A stretch of 20,315 bases of DNA from positions 1-20,315 of the forward strand of contig JAUWKS010000058.1 in the NCBI GenBank assembly GCA_030614005.1, given 5' to 3'. Source of the stretch: Candidatus Heimdallarchaeota archaeon. GTDB taxonomy: Archaea; Asgardarchaeota; Heimdallarchaeia; JABLTI01. This document shows positions 1 through 9,143 of this stretch, one piece after another (positions within the stretch are counted from its first letter, which is position 1; every line of letters begins with the position of its first letter). The position numbers and the translations under genes are program-made. The notes under the pieces are model-generated. The model saw nothing but the letters and a program-made list of their open reading frames with translations. It had not been told where the DNA came from and did not search any database.

Positions 1-32
1 AAGAAAAGCAAATGAATTGCTTTAGTCAGAGC

Positions 33-1472
33 CTATTTTTTGTATTTCCAAATGGTTCCTTTTGGAGAGTCTTCCAATAGAATATTTAATTCCGAAAGGC
101 CATCTCTGATTTTATCACTCATTGCATAATCTTTATTCTTTCGAGCTTCATCTCTAAGATCAATAATTAATTGAAGAAGTTGATCCATTGTTTTATTTCC
201 TTCTGATGAATCTTGAGCACCTTCGAATAAGCCATATGTAGACAAAAGCTCTTTGTAAATTGTGAATGCTTCAAGAAGAGTTCCGCTATTGATTTCTCCT
301 TTGAGGTATTTGTTCAGAGCTTTTGAGAGTTCATGGATAGTTTTCAGTCCTTTTGGAGTATCGAAATTGACATCCATAAACGATTCGAAATCTTTTCTCG
401 TTTTATATGCTTCTTTTAGGAGCTCTTCTTCATTTTTACCCATTGGTGATTTTTGGCTTGGATCTCTCAATGCTGCTAAGACATTAGCATAACTGTTTCT
501 TAACCGTTCAACACTATTTACCGCACTAGTTAATTTTTCTTCAGTGAACACTAAAATTGCATCATATCGTGTTGATAGAAAGAAGTATCTTATTGCATCG
601 GGATCAAACTTATCCTTTAATTCGTGTAAGCTAGTAACATTTCCTAAAGATTTTGACATCTTTTCTTTAGCAAAATTTAGAAATTCACCATGTAACCAAT
701 ACTTAGCAAATTGTTTACCTGTAGCTGCTTCTGATTGAGCGATTTCATTTGTGTGATGAGGGAAGCGTAAATCAACTGCTCCGGTATGGATATCGAAGGT
801 TTCTCCTAAATATTTCATGGACATTGCAGAACATTCAATATGCCAACCAGGTCGACCCTTTCCCCACGGACTATCATAAAAGATATTTCGTTCAATCTCT
901 TCTGGAGTGCTTTTCTTCCAGAGGGCAAAATCTTGAAGGTTATCTTTATCAAAAGTATCATCTTTTACTCGTTCGCCAGCCTTTTGTTTTTCAAGATTGA
1001 TTTTCACTAACTTTCCATAGTCTTTGTATTTCTTAATATTGAAGTAAACGCCATCCTCAGCATCATACGCATATCCTTTCTTTACTAACACTTTGATTAA
1101 ATCAACCATTTCGTTTATATGATCAGTTGCTCGAGGATACATATGTGCTCTTTTGATGTTCAACCAATCTATTCCATCAAAAAACTCTTGAGTGTATTTT
1201 TCGGTGAATTCCTTTAGAGTCACACCTTCTTTCATTGATTCGCGTATAGTTTTATCATCAATGTCAGTTATATTTAGCAAGTGGAAAACTTCGTATCCTT
1301 TGAATTCGAAATATCTTCGAATCATATCACCCATGAAGAATGTTCGATAATTACCAATGTGTGGAGTACCATAAACAGTTGGTCCACAAGTATATATTTT
1401 GACTTTCCCTTCTTCCAGGGGAATGAACTCCTCTAAATCCATTTTCAAACTATTACGCACTTTCAAAGTCAT
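33..1472 (-). CDS. cysS: Cysteinyl-tRNA synthetase (class I)
   Basis: CGPTVY..PHIGN (HIGH motif), KMSKSLGN, DFALWK, PGWHIECSAM and FPHH.NE zinc-ligand motifs; 479 aa. Confidence 0.98.
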   Translation of the reverse strand: MTLKVRNSLKMDLEEFIPLEEGKVKIYTCGPTVYGTPHIGNYRTFFMGDMIRRYFEFKGYEVFHLLNITDIDDKTIRESMKEGVTLKEFTEKYTQEFFDGIDWLNIKRAHMYPRATDHINEMVDLIKVLVKKGYAYDAEDGVYFNIKKYKDYGKLVKINLEKQKAGERVKDDTFDKDNLQDFALWKKSTPEEIERNIFYDSPWGKGRPGWHIECSAMSMKYLGETFDIHTGAVDLRFPHHTNEIAQSEAATGKQFAKYWLHGEFLNFAKEKMSKSLGNVTSLHELKDKFDPDAIRYFFLSTRYDAILVFTEEKLTSAVNSVERLRNSYANVLAALRDPSQKSPMGKNEEELLKEAYKTRKDFESFMDVNFDTPKGLKTIHELSKALNKYLKGEINSGTLLEAFTIYKELLSTYGLFEGAQDSSEGNKTMDQLLQLIIDLRDEARKNKDYAMSDKIRDGLSELNILLEDSPKGTIWKYKK

Positions 1473-1614
1473 TGTTTACCACCAGTATATCATTTTGTAT
1501 TATTACTATTTTTTAATTCTTTATTTTAGTTCTAATTGAATAGCACTTTATGCTTTAAGTTGTTGATTCATTGTTATTTTAAAAGCATTCTTGCAAATAT
1601 TGCCACTATTTTTT

Positions 1615-3243
1615 CTATGTTTGAAATTTAAGCAAGAGCTTCTCTGCAATAATAAAATAAATAATGCCTAATCCAGTAAAAACAATTGCTAGAATTATAA
1701 ATAGCACCCAAAATGGAATTGTTTGAAATATTAAAACTAGTATGATTACAATGCCACCTACTAAGAATAAATTGATATTTAATGGAAGAGCAATTTGTAA
1801 CCCCCTAATTGGGTTGGAAGTAATATCTGTTGTTTCAAAAAATGGTGCAACAGACAGGGATAATATACCTGTCATTAAACCATTAAATGCACCACAAATG
1901 ATTGTTAATATCAGCAATACAGCATCCAATTTATTGTTATGAAAAATCAGTAACAAAATAGCTATACATACAATTTCAATTACATAAGAGAAGAGAAGTT
2001 GTATTATTTTTCCAATTAACATCTTTCGAATTCCATTTGGTGCAGATTGTGAAACCAGAAAAGTATTCTTTCCCCCAAATAACATTTGTAATCCTTCTGT
2101 GGAAGATACTGTAAGCAAAATAAATCCAACAACAATCGCTCCTAAAAATATGTAGTTAGACCAATCATATTGTTGGAATATGAACCCTAAAATTGTTACA
2201 CTAATAAGACCAATGACAAAAGAAATATCTACAAATCGGTTGAGCGAATTTTTCCTACTGCTCAACAAGTAGAAAGTTTTGATTGAATATTTGTGAGGTA
2301 AGGGTAATTTATCAATAATCTTTACAGCAAAGGGTGTTTTTGAATTAGAAGAAACTTGACCTGTAAGTGCTTCGAAGTTTTCCAGATTTAGTGAGTAATT
2401 AGTTCTAAAATAGGCTAACACTAGAAATATTGACCCGAATAGGATAGATAATAATCCAAATATCGAAGGGATTAAATCAATTGATTGAGAGAGAAATATC
2501 TCTCTAGATAGTTTCGCAAACCACCCAGTAGGTACATAAGTGAAACCTATTTCAAATTGTTCCGGAGTTAAAAAGAACGCTAAAATAATTGGTATGAAGA
2601 ATTGAAAGACAACAAGCAAACTCAATAGCATCATACGAATATCTCTGGTACCTCTCTGACCTTTTTTTTGTTTATCAACGTTAAAGACTGCTTTTGGACC
2701 AAGTGTTAATCCCAACCAACTTAGTGAGAAAAATAATACGCTAAGAGCAATAAAATGGAAAAATAAATAAAACCAATTTATACTCATACCAGCTAATCTT
2801 GCTGCTTCAACTTGAGCAATCATAATGAATGGGACAAAAATAAGGTAATTAATTTGCATACTCAAATACTTGCCAAATAAATACGATCGAGTGCTTATAG
2901 GTGACCCAGATATTAATTCTAATTCTTCCATTGTAGTATTTTGTGCAAAGTAGCTAATACTTGAATTAAAGGCTGTGAAAATAATGAATGCTGCTATTAT
3001 CGTCTCAGCCATAAACGCTCCTTCATTTATTATTGTAGAAAAAATATCAGTAAATTCAGTGCTTAACTCACTAGTAATAACTAAAATAAACTGAATAATA
3101 AATAGGATAATCATAGTAAAAGGAAGAACAAATCTAAATTTACCCAAAAATCGAAACCGTGAGGTACGAACGCGTAAATCCGCAAGAAATACATACCACC
3201 ATTGTGGGTGAACTTTTTCTTGTAAGCGAATTGTTTGTTCCAT
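1615..3243 (-). CDS. ABC-2-type exporter permease, multi-TM. Likely start is ATG 3243; the ORF track starts at 3279.
   Basis: About 12 hydrophobic segments; 'SSPISTRSYLFGKY' and 'SAPNGIRKMLIGK' resemble duplicated ABC-2 permease motifs; directly downstream of an ABC ATPase; GGAG upstream of ATG 3243. Confidence 0.8.
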   Translation of the reverse strand: MEQTIRLQEKVHPQWWYVFLADLRVRTSRFRFLGKFRFVLPFTMIILFIIQFILVITSELSTEFTDIFSTIINEGAFMAETIIAAFIIFTAFNSSISYFAQNTTMEELELISGSPISTRSYLFGKYLSMQINYLIFVPFIMIAQVEAARLAGMSINWFYLFFHFIALSVLFFSLSWLGLTLGPKAVFNVDKQKKGQRGTRDIRMMLLSLLVVFQFFIPIILAFFLTPEQFEIGFTYVPTGWFAKLSREIFLSQSIDLIPSIFGLLSILFGSIFLVLAYFRTNYSLNLENFEALTGQVSSNSKTPFAVKIIDKLPLPHKYSIKTFYLLSSRKNSLNRFVDISFVIGLISVTILGFIFQQYDWSNYIFLGAIVVGFILLTVSSTEGLQMLFGGKNTFLVSQSAPNGIRKMLIGKIIQLLFSYVIEIVCIAILLLIFHNNKLDAVLLILTIICGAFNGLMTGILSLSVAPFFETTDITSNPIRGLQIALPLNINLFLVGGIVIILVLIFQTIPFWVLFIILAIVFTGLGIIYFIIAEKLLLKFQT

Positions 3244-3262
3244 GTTTAATTCTCCGGTGAAA

Positions 3263-4138
3263 TCAGTGATGACTTTCATCTGTTTTCAATTCTGTTTGCT
3301 CAGAAGCTTTGTGGGTGTTATCCTCAGCAATAGACTCAACAACTGTACCTTCGCTTGTAATTATAGGACTTTTATAACCAGGAATAACGGCTAAGTAGGC
3401 ATCTTCTAACGAAGAAGTATTTGTATCTTGCATAATGCTTTTCGGAGTTCCATCTGCGATAATTACCCCTTGATGAATAATTGCAACCCGATCACAAACA
3501 TCTTCTACCAAAGACAATCGATGTGATGAAATAATGATCGTTTTTTCTTTTTCTCGAGATAGATATTTAATGAAATCTTTTACCATTTTAGCTGCAGAAG
3601 GATCCAAGCTAGCCAATGGTTCATCCATAAGAAGGATATCCGGATCGTGAATAAGAGAACAAATAATAGATAATTTTTGTTTCATTCCTCGAGAGAGTTT
3701 CTCGATAAGCTCATCTTTCTTCTCAAAGATTCCAAACATTCGGAATAATTCTATAGATCTATTTCTAGAATTTTCTGCTGAAACGCCAAATAATCCTCCA
3801 ATGAATTCCGAAAGTTCTATTGGAGTTAATCTTCCAATAAGGCTGCCTTCTTCTGGCAAATAACCTGTATGTACTTTTGCCCAATTAAGATTATCACTTA
3901 TTCTTTTCCCCAGGATAAAAGCTTCTCCGGATGTTGGATTAATCATTCCTTTAAGAATTCTAATCGAAGTGGTTTTTCCAGCGCCATTTGGACCTAATAA
4001 GCCAAATATCTCTCCAGGTTTTACTTCAAATGAAACCCCTGCAAGTGCGATGGTTGTACCATACACTTTTGATACGTTAGAAATTCGTATTGCATTCTTG
4101 GTTTCTTCAACAGGAGTTGATTGTGTTTCATCTGACAT
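3263..4138 (-). CDS. ABC transporter ATP-binding subunit (ABC-2/CcmA-like exporter)
   Basis: Walker A GPNGAGKTT, signature LSRGMKQK, Walker B LLMDEP, H-loop SSH. Confidence 0.95.
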   Translation of the reverse strand: MSDETQSTPVEETKNAIRISNVSKVYGTTIALAGVSFEVKPGEIFGLLGPNGAGKTTSIRILKGMINPTSGEAFILGKRISDNLNWAKVHTGYLPEEGSLIGRLTPIELSEFIGGLFGVSAENSRNRSIELFRMFGIFEKKDELIEKLSRGMKQKLSIICSLIHDPDILLMDEPLASLDPSAAKMVKDFIKYLSREKEKTIIISSHRLSLVEDVCDRVAIIHQGVIIADGTPKSIMQDTNTSSLEDAYLAVIPGYKSPIITSEGTVVESIAEDNTHKASEQTELKTDESHH

Positions 4139-4238
4139 CTACAGAATTCTCCCAGAGTAGTAATAATCAATATCTCGATTGATGTTCATGGAAATAAAAT
4201 AATTTGCATAGTAATAAGAATAGACTAGCAATATAATT

Positions 4239-4400
4239 ATGACATCGTTTGTATACAAACGTTTACAAAGCAAGCTTTGTTGGCTGTGCCACACAACCTC
4301 TATCCCCTATCCTTAAGAGGGATTCGGGGAATGCTTTTTGTGCAATGTTTCTTGCAGCATTGATATCAGCGTTCAGGACGACATGACATTTCTTACAGAT
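4239..4400 (-). ncRNA. Predicted omegaRNA scaffold overlapping the tnpB 3' end and the element right end; 5' limit unknown
   Basis: Position follows known TnpB biology. Visible stems: ACAAAG-cttg-CTTTGT (4265-4280) and CGTTTGTATACAAACG (4246-4261). Confidence 0.45.
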
Positions 4401-5456
4401 AAACAGACCACGATACTTTCGGTTTTTACGGGAACGGTGCGAACAGCAAGAACAAGTTTGAGAGGTGTACTCTTCAGTGACGAGAATAACTTCGATTCCT
4501 TGTTCCTCTGCCTTGTACTGGAGCATCTGTAAGAGCTTATGGAACGGCACGGAGGCAAACTTCTGGTTGCTCCTCCTGCCCATACGTATATTTTGCTTCC
4601 AGTTCTTATTGCGACCGATAACTAGTGAGGAAATGTTATTATCAACACAATGTTGAATAATCACTCTTGATGCTTTATGTAAGAGGTCATGGAGATGATT
4701 ATACCGCCAACGCATCAATTGTTGTTTCCTCTTGCTGGTCGTAAGCCCTTGCTTATTTAGCTGCTTCTGTAGTTTCGCTTTTTGCTTATTGTAGAATTGG
4801 TTTATTGACTTAACAACTCCGCCCTTGATGATCAAACCATCTGACGTGGCTACGAGGTTGTTAACACCAAAATCCAGTCCAAGAACCTTTTGTTTTTCTT
4901 TTATGTTTATTGCTGTTACTTCTTCTTCATAAACTAACTCCAAAATGAATTTATCATATTGCGGTTTTAAGCGAACGATAGCGTGATTTGTATCGGTGAC
5001 AGGTAACTTTTCGATAGGTACTGCAGGGAAACCTTCTTTCATAAGTCGCTCTACTACCCTCACGTTCCCGTCTCTAATTCTTACTTGTTGCCCTGACCAG
5101 ACGACGATATATTTACCATTTTTTGGGAGGTATCCTGGTATCCTCGGTTCCCCTAGATATTTTTCTGGATTTATTTGCCAATCCTTTTTTGCTTCTTTGT
5201 ACCCTTCCCAAGTTGCATCTACCATCCTAAGAAGTTGTTGTGGTGTGTGGCTTCCAGCTCGTTCTTGGATTTTCAGGTATTCCTCTTTTTCTCTCAAAAT
5301 GTTCCATATTGTATAATACCGCAGTATCTTGCCTGTCTCGAAGAACTCTTGGCGAACTAGGTAAGTGGCTGAATTGTATAGGTTCTTTGCTAGAAATGTC
5401 AGCTCCTCAAATAGCTTTGTAGTTGGCAGCTGTACTCTGACGACTCTTTTCACCAT
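4263..5456 (-). CDS. tnpB: IS200/IS605-family TnpB RNA-guided endonuclease with rearranged RuvC-II
   Basis: N-terminal KNLYN motif, RuvC-I LGLDFGVNNL, RuvC-II VIGRNKNWKQ with downstream TEEYTSQ, zinc finger CSCC...CKKC, RuvC-III NADINAARNI; 397 aa. Confidence 0.95.
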   Translation of the reverse strand: MVKRVVRVQLPTTKLFEELTFLAKNLYNSATYLVRQEFFETGKILRYYTIWNILREKEEYLKIQERAGSHTPQQLLRMVDATWEGYKEAKKDWQINPEKYLGEPRIPGYLPKNGKYIVVWSGQQVRIRDGNVRVVERLMKEGFPAVPIEKLPVTDTNHAIVRLKPQYDKFILELVYEEEVTAINIKEKQKVLGLDFGVNNLVATSDGLIIKGGVVKSINQFYNKQKAKLQKQLNKQGLTTSKRKQQLMRWRYNHLHDLLHKASRVIIQHCVDNNISSLVIGRNKNWKQNIRMGRRSNQKFASVPFHKLLQMLQYKAEEQGIEVILVTEEYTSQTCSCCSHRSRKNRKYRGLFICKKCHVVLNADINAARNIAQKAFPESLLRIGDRGCVAQPTKLAL

Positions 5457-5628
5457 TTTTCTTCAATAATATATTTATACAGCTCATTATATATTAATTC
5501 TCTAAGGAGAATGCCGAAAGTATTCGAAAGATGTCTAAGTGAATAGTTAACTAAATAACTAAACGTACAGCTTTTCAAAGAGGTATTTAATAAGTGTAAA
5601 ACAAACTCATACCTAGGAGGGCATTACT

Positions 5629-7254
5629 ATAGCTGCTCATCTCCATTGGTCAACGGATCCACTATTACTTGATAGAGAACCAACGAAATATAATGACTGG
5701 GAAACAGCGAACTTAATGATCGTAAGAGAAGGAATCAACGCAGTCATTAATGATAATCTCACATTCAAGAATCTCTATGGGATTATGGTCAGAAAGGTCG
5801 ATTTTGTTCGGAAGAAACGTTCTGATCGTATCATCGCACGGTTTCCCTTTCTCATTTTGAATAACGAGCTTCGAACTAAAATTCAAGAACGAACCCTTCT
5901 TATTGCTGAAGTGGCTCAAAATTACTTTTATCGCTCAATAAACAAGTCGATCACAGCTTGGCGGGATATTATTTGTAAGTACCTTGAACGGGGGTCGTTG
6001 CCTTATCCACTTTTTCGTTGTGCGCAGGAAATTATTCCTGATTTATCCTTGCTTGTAAATGGTTCTGGTAGCATTCCTTTTATGAGTGCTCGAGGAGAAG
6101 CCTTCACTTTTCCAACGAAAGTTTCCAACCAACTAGCCTATATTTGTGGTGTTTGTAACGGTGATGGCAATCTACGTGATTATTGGATCATTATTGCTGA
6201 TGAAACAAAAGCACATATAGAATTTGTAAAGAAATTACTTAATAACTTGTTTTCCAAAGAAGGAAAAATCATGAAAACCGGAGGGGCATGGATAGTAAAA
6301 CTAAACCTTCTCTGGGCAACTCGTCTTTTTAACTTTCTAACTAACCAAGCTATTAATGAACCAAAGTATGATTCATTGGGTGAACCTGTTATTTTTCAAA
6401 GAATAGAGGAACCTTTCCGAAGTCTCTATTGGAGAGGAGTCTTTGATGCAGATGGATCATTTAAGAATCAAATAGCATTTAGCTCAATGAGTGGAAAATA
6501 TTGTATAGACTTTCAAAATTTTTTGACTGAAAAAACAATACATTCTAAAATTTTTCAAATGAAAAATGGTGGTTATATGTTAACAATTCCTGCTAAAGAA
6601 AAGGTTGCTTTTGCTACAATAGTTGGGGTTTCAAATTGTAAAAAAAGAAAGGATTTCATTAATTTTCTAAATACATCCTATAGTTATAAGGTATTTAAAG
6701 GTTTTAACCAAAAAGCGATTACAAAAAATAATTACTTGAACTTCACATTATTGCCAAATATGCAGGTTTTAGGATTGGAGACTTTTTTCCAAAAAAATGA
6801 AATTCATAAAACAAAAGTCATTACAAATAAAGAACTAAATAGATACAAAAGAGGATTTGGTATTACAATAAAAAAACTCAAGCAACACTTACAACTTGAT
6901 TGTGTTGAAGAATTTATGATGTTTCTTTACAAATTTAGAGAGAAAATAAAATTTAGATCATCAAACTCAGTAATAATAAAACTAAAATTAAAACCTACTG
7001 AGACGTTAGAAGAAATTATGTTTGCACTAACACCTACTATTAGAGGAGCAACTTTCAGAGAAGAATCAAATATTCCGTTAAAGACAATTAGTAATTTTTT
7101 TGACTTGAAAATAAATGATAATAAAATCCTTCACAGATTACTCCCACAGTATTTAGTTACATTTGGTGTATATCAAGAAATTTCAACAAATAATTTTAAC
7201 AAAGAAACATTATTCGAAAAATGGGAAAAAGATTTGTTTTTAGAAGAAAAATAG
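5629..7254 (+). CDS. Free-standing double-motif LAGLIDADG (DOD-type) endonuclease-like protein. Possible ATA start at 5629; first ATG at 5716.
   Basis: Motif 1 LAYICGVCNGDG and motif 2 LYWRGVFDADG with typical DOD spacing. Frame is open from 5617; AGGAGG at 5615-5620 lies 8 nt before ATA 5629. Confidence 0.8.
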   Translation: MAAHLHWSTDPLLLDREPTKYNDWETANLMIVREGINAVINDNLTFKNLYGIMVRKVDFVRKKRSDRIIARFPFLILNNELRTKIQERTLLIAEVAQNYFYRSINKSITAWRDIICKYLERGSLPYPLFRCAQEIIPDLSLLVNGSGSIPFMSARGEAFTFPTKVSNQLAYICGVCNGDGNLRDYWIIIADETKAHIEFVKKLLNNLFSKEGKIMKTGGAWIVKLNLLWATRLFNFLTNQAINEPKYDSLGEPVIFQRIEEPFRSLYWRGVFDADGSFKNQIAFSSMSGKYCIDFQNFLTEKTIHSKIFQMKNGGYMLTIPAKEKVAFATIVGVSNCKKRKDFINFLNTSYSYKVFKGFNQKAITKNNYLNFTLLPNMQVLGLETFFQKNEIHKTKVITNKELNRYKRGFGITIKKLKQHLQLDCVEEFMMFLYKFREKIKFRSSNSVIIKLKLKPTETLEEIMFALTPTIRGATFREESNIPLKTISNFFDLKINDNKILHRLLPQYLVTFGVYQEISTNNFNKETLFEKWEKDLFLEEK

Positions 7255-7448
7255 AAATAGGTTAACAATCTCAATAAACTTATCAGAGGGAGCCCAGCGG
7301 AAAAATAGAGGTTGGAAAAGGAATAAATGTATGTTTAGCTAATTCTCTCTTAATCGTTTTATCCATGTAGTTTTAGGAAAGGCGGTAATAACAAAAGGAG
7401 GTTGGAGAAAATTCCCTTCACAGGTGTTTTTTGTGGTTGTTTTTTCTC

Positions 7449-7507
7449 TCGCCCATTTTTTTGTGATGAGTTCTCTTTTTTCTTTTTTTCGCCCAATTTT
7501 TTGTGAT
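7449..7507 (+). repeat. Two 19-bp direct repeats with a 40-bp period
   Basis: TCGCCCATTTTTTTGTGAT (7449-7467) and TCGCCCAATTTTTTGTGAT (7489-7507), one mismatch. Confidence 0.85.
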
Positions 7508-7620
7508 ATGTTTTCACTATTATTTCTTGAAAAAACTATTGTTTCTGATTTTTGACGACTTTAAAATGATGAAGATCAAAATTTTATGCTAAAATATTAA
7601 AATTTAAGATTAAAATCCAT

Positions 7621-7634
7621 TTTTTAGCTATTAA
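7621..7634 (+). promoter_or_regulatory. TTTTTAGCTATTAA, left copy of a 14-bp inverted repeat (promoter/operator or element end)
   Basis: Exact reverse complement of 12035-12048; ends 29 nt before the ATG at 7664. Confidence 0.6.
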
Positions 7635-7663
7635 AAAAGAAAACTAACAATAAATAACTAATT

Positions 7664-8410
7664 ATGACAGCTACTAAACGACTTAATCTTAGCAAAACAG
7701 AATTTACTGTTTATCTTGAGTGCCCCCTAAAATTCTACTTATTAAAACAACAAAACCAGCACATGAAAGAGGGACCTCGAGGGGGAAGAGATCATTCCAA
7801 TTATCCCTCACATTTCAAAAAGGGTTTGAAAGAACATCGCAAATTACGAGCATTCTACAAAAATTATGCTGATGATATCATCAACCAAAACGCCCCACCA
7901 GATAAAGTAACAGTACAACCAATTCTACGAAAATTCTGGGAACAAGAAGTTCATCGGCATCAAGTTGACCCTGACAATTGGTATCCCCTAGCTCTTGAAC
8001 TCTACCTGGCAACAGAAACTATGCGAGGACAGATCGATCGAGTGGACCCACTATCGAACAATGAATGCTGCATCGTTGAGTTCAAGTCTTCAGAAAGGAG
8101 AAGTGGTTTTCTCTACCAGGAACTGTTATTTTATGCTCTTTTAGCATCAGAGAGTCAGGAATTCAAGCAAACCTATGGCAGAACGGTTTCTCAAGTTGGC
8201 TGCTACTTTTATGACTCTGGTGAATGGTTCTCTAAAAAAGTTACACCAGAGGACTTGTCTGACTTTAAACTCACTCTCAAGAGTTATCAAGCTGAAATGC
8301 TCACTGGTAATTTAATTCCTAGGGTAGACTGTCACCTTCAAATAGACAAATGTAGCTATGCGGTCATTTGCACTAAAGTTCCTGATATAATGCTAAAGAA
8401 ACATGAGTAA
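7664..8410 (+). CDS. cas4: Cas4-like / AddB-type PD-(D/E)XK nuclease with predicted Fe-S cluster
   Basis: LS..E...Y.ECP (C20), G...H (H58), RGQID (D125), IVEFK (E139, K141), ELLFY, and C-terminal C223, C230, C236. Confidence 0.8.
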   Translation: MTATKRLNLSKTEFTVYLECPLKFYLLKQQNQHMKEGPRGGRDHSNYPSHFKKGLKEHRKLRAFYKNYADDIINQNAPPDKVTVQPILRKFWEQEVHRHQVDPDNWYPLALELYLATETMRGQIDRVDPLSNNECCIVEFKSSERRSGFLYQELLFYALLASESQEFKQTYGRTVSQVGCYFYDSGEWFSKKVTPEDLSDFKLTLKSYQAEMLTGNLIPRVDCHLQIDKCSYAVICTKVPDIMLKKHE

Positions 8411-8442
8411 TGGAGTTCTGTATTTAAAAATGCATTCTTACT

Positions 8443-9126
8443 CTACTCTTCTTTTTGAACAATTCCTATTGTCATCAAGATATTGCTCTTTATCAATGAT
8501 GCTAGGTTTTCTTTAATAACGAATTCATTATCAGAAAATGATTCCCCACTAGATTCTTTTATGATTTCATGGTAGAACTGCTTTATCTCTTGTTGTGTCG
8601 CTTTTCGGAAAACTTGTTTTTCACAGCTCTTTTGTTCTTTATTTACCTCAGAGACTATAGATTCATATTCTTCACTCATTGGGCTGATTTTTTCTGAGAA
8701 TTTCACAATCTTCTCTTCCATATCAGTTTCATTCTCTCCCATTCTGATGCTCTCTTTAACTCTCTTTACAAAAGGATCATCCAGATTGAGTAAGTATTTT
8801 CTTTTCTTGTACAATAAAATTCCTTCTTTAACTAATTGTTGCATTCTTTGAGATGTACGATTTTTTTTCCAAGGGAGTAGCACCTCGAGTTCTTTTTCTC
8901 CCTTTGGTTCAATTACACCAAATTCTACAAATTGCTTGAGAAGCAGTTTGGTTATCTTATAGGTCATTATGAAATCTCTTTTGCATAAAATAACTATCAA
9001 TTCAAAAATAGGTTTTGAAAAGCTCTCATCCTTGGTTGTTTTGAATATTATCTCTTCCTCGAGTTCAAGCGACAACTCCTCAAGAGGAATCAACTCCGGA
9101 TTTTTATATGGTGGATCGTTTTTCAT
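8443..9126 (-). CDS. Hypothetical protein, probable winged-helix DNA-binding domain
   Basis: 227 aa; 'TSQRMQQLVKEGILLYKKRKYLLN' resembles a recognition helix plus wing; GGTGA SD at 9134-9138; 17 nt after the upstream stop. Confidence 0.6.
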   Translation of the reverse strand: MKNDPPYKNPELIPLEELSLELEEEIIFKTTKDESFSKPIFELIVILCKRDFIMTYKITKLLLKQFVEFGVIEPKGEKELEVLLPWKKNRTSQRMQQLVKEGILLYKKRKYLLNLDDPFVKRVKESIRMGENETDMEEKIVKFSEKISPMSEEYESIVSEVNKEQKSCEKQVFRKATQQEIKQFYHEIIKESSGESFSDNEFVIKENLASLIKSNILMTIGIVQKEE

Positions 9127-9143
9127 TATTAGGTCACCATTTT

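Larger units (their letters stand above)
4239..5540 (-). mobile_element. Probable non-autonomous (tnpB-only, IS1341-like) insertion element; ends approximate
   Basis: tnpB with no tnpA in the window. Hairpin at 4265-4280 and 16-bp palindrome at 4246-4261 followed by GTCAT on the minus strand (candidate right end ~4239). Small hairpin at 5497-5512 upstream of the start. The left end is poorly defined. Confidence 0.55.

Noticed and set aside
4166-4183. ATCAAT-N6-ATTGAT inverted repeat upstream of the ABC ATPase
   Set aside because: 6-bp AT-rich arms are expected by chance, and there is no cognate regulator nearby.
5716-7254. Intein within a host protein
   Set aside because: No N-terminal C/S splice block or C-terminal HN motif, and no recognisable extein.
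7255-7663. CRISPR array beside cas4/cas1
   Set aside because: Only two 19-bp copies with a 40-bp period, shorter than CRISPR repeat-spacer units, and no third copy.
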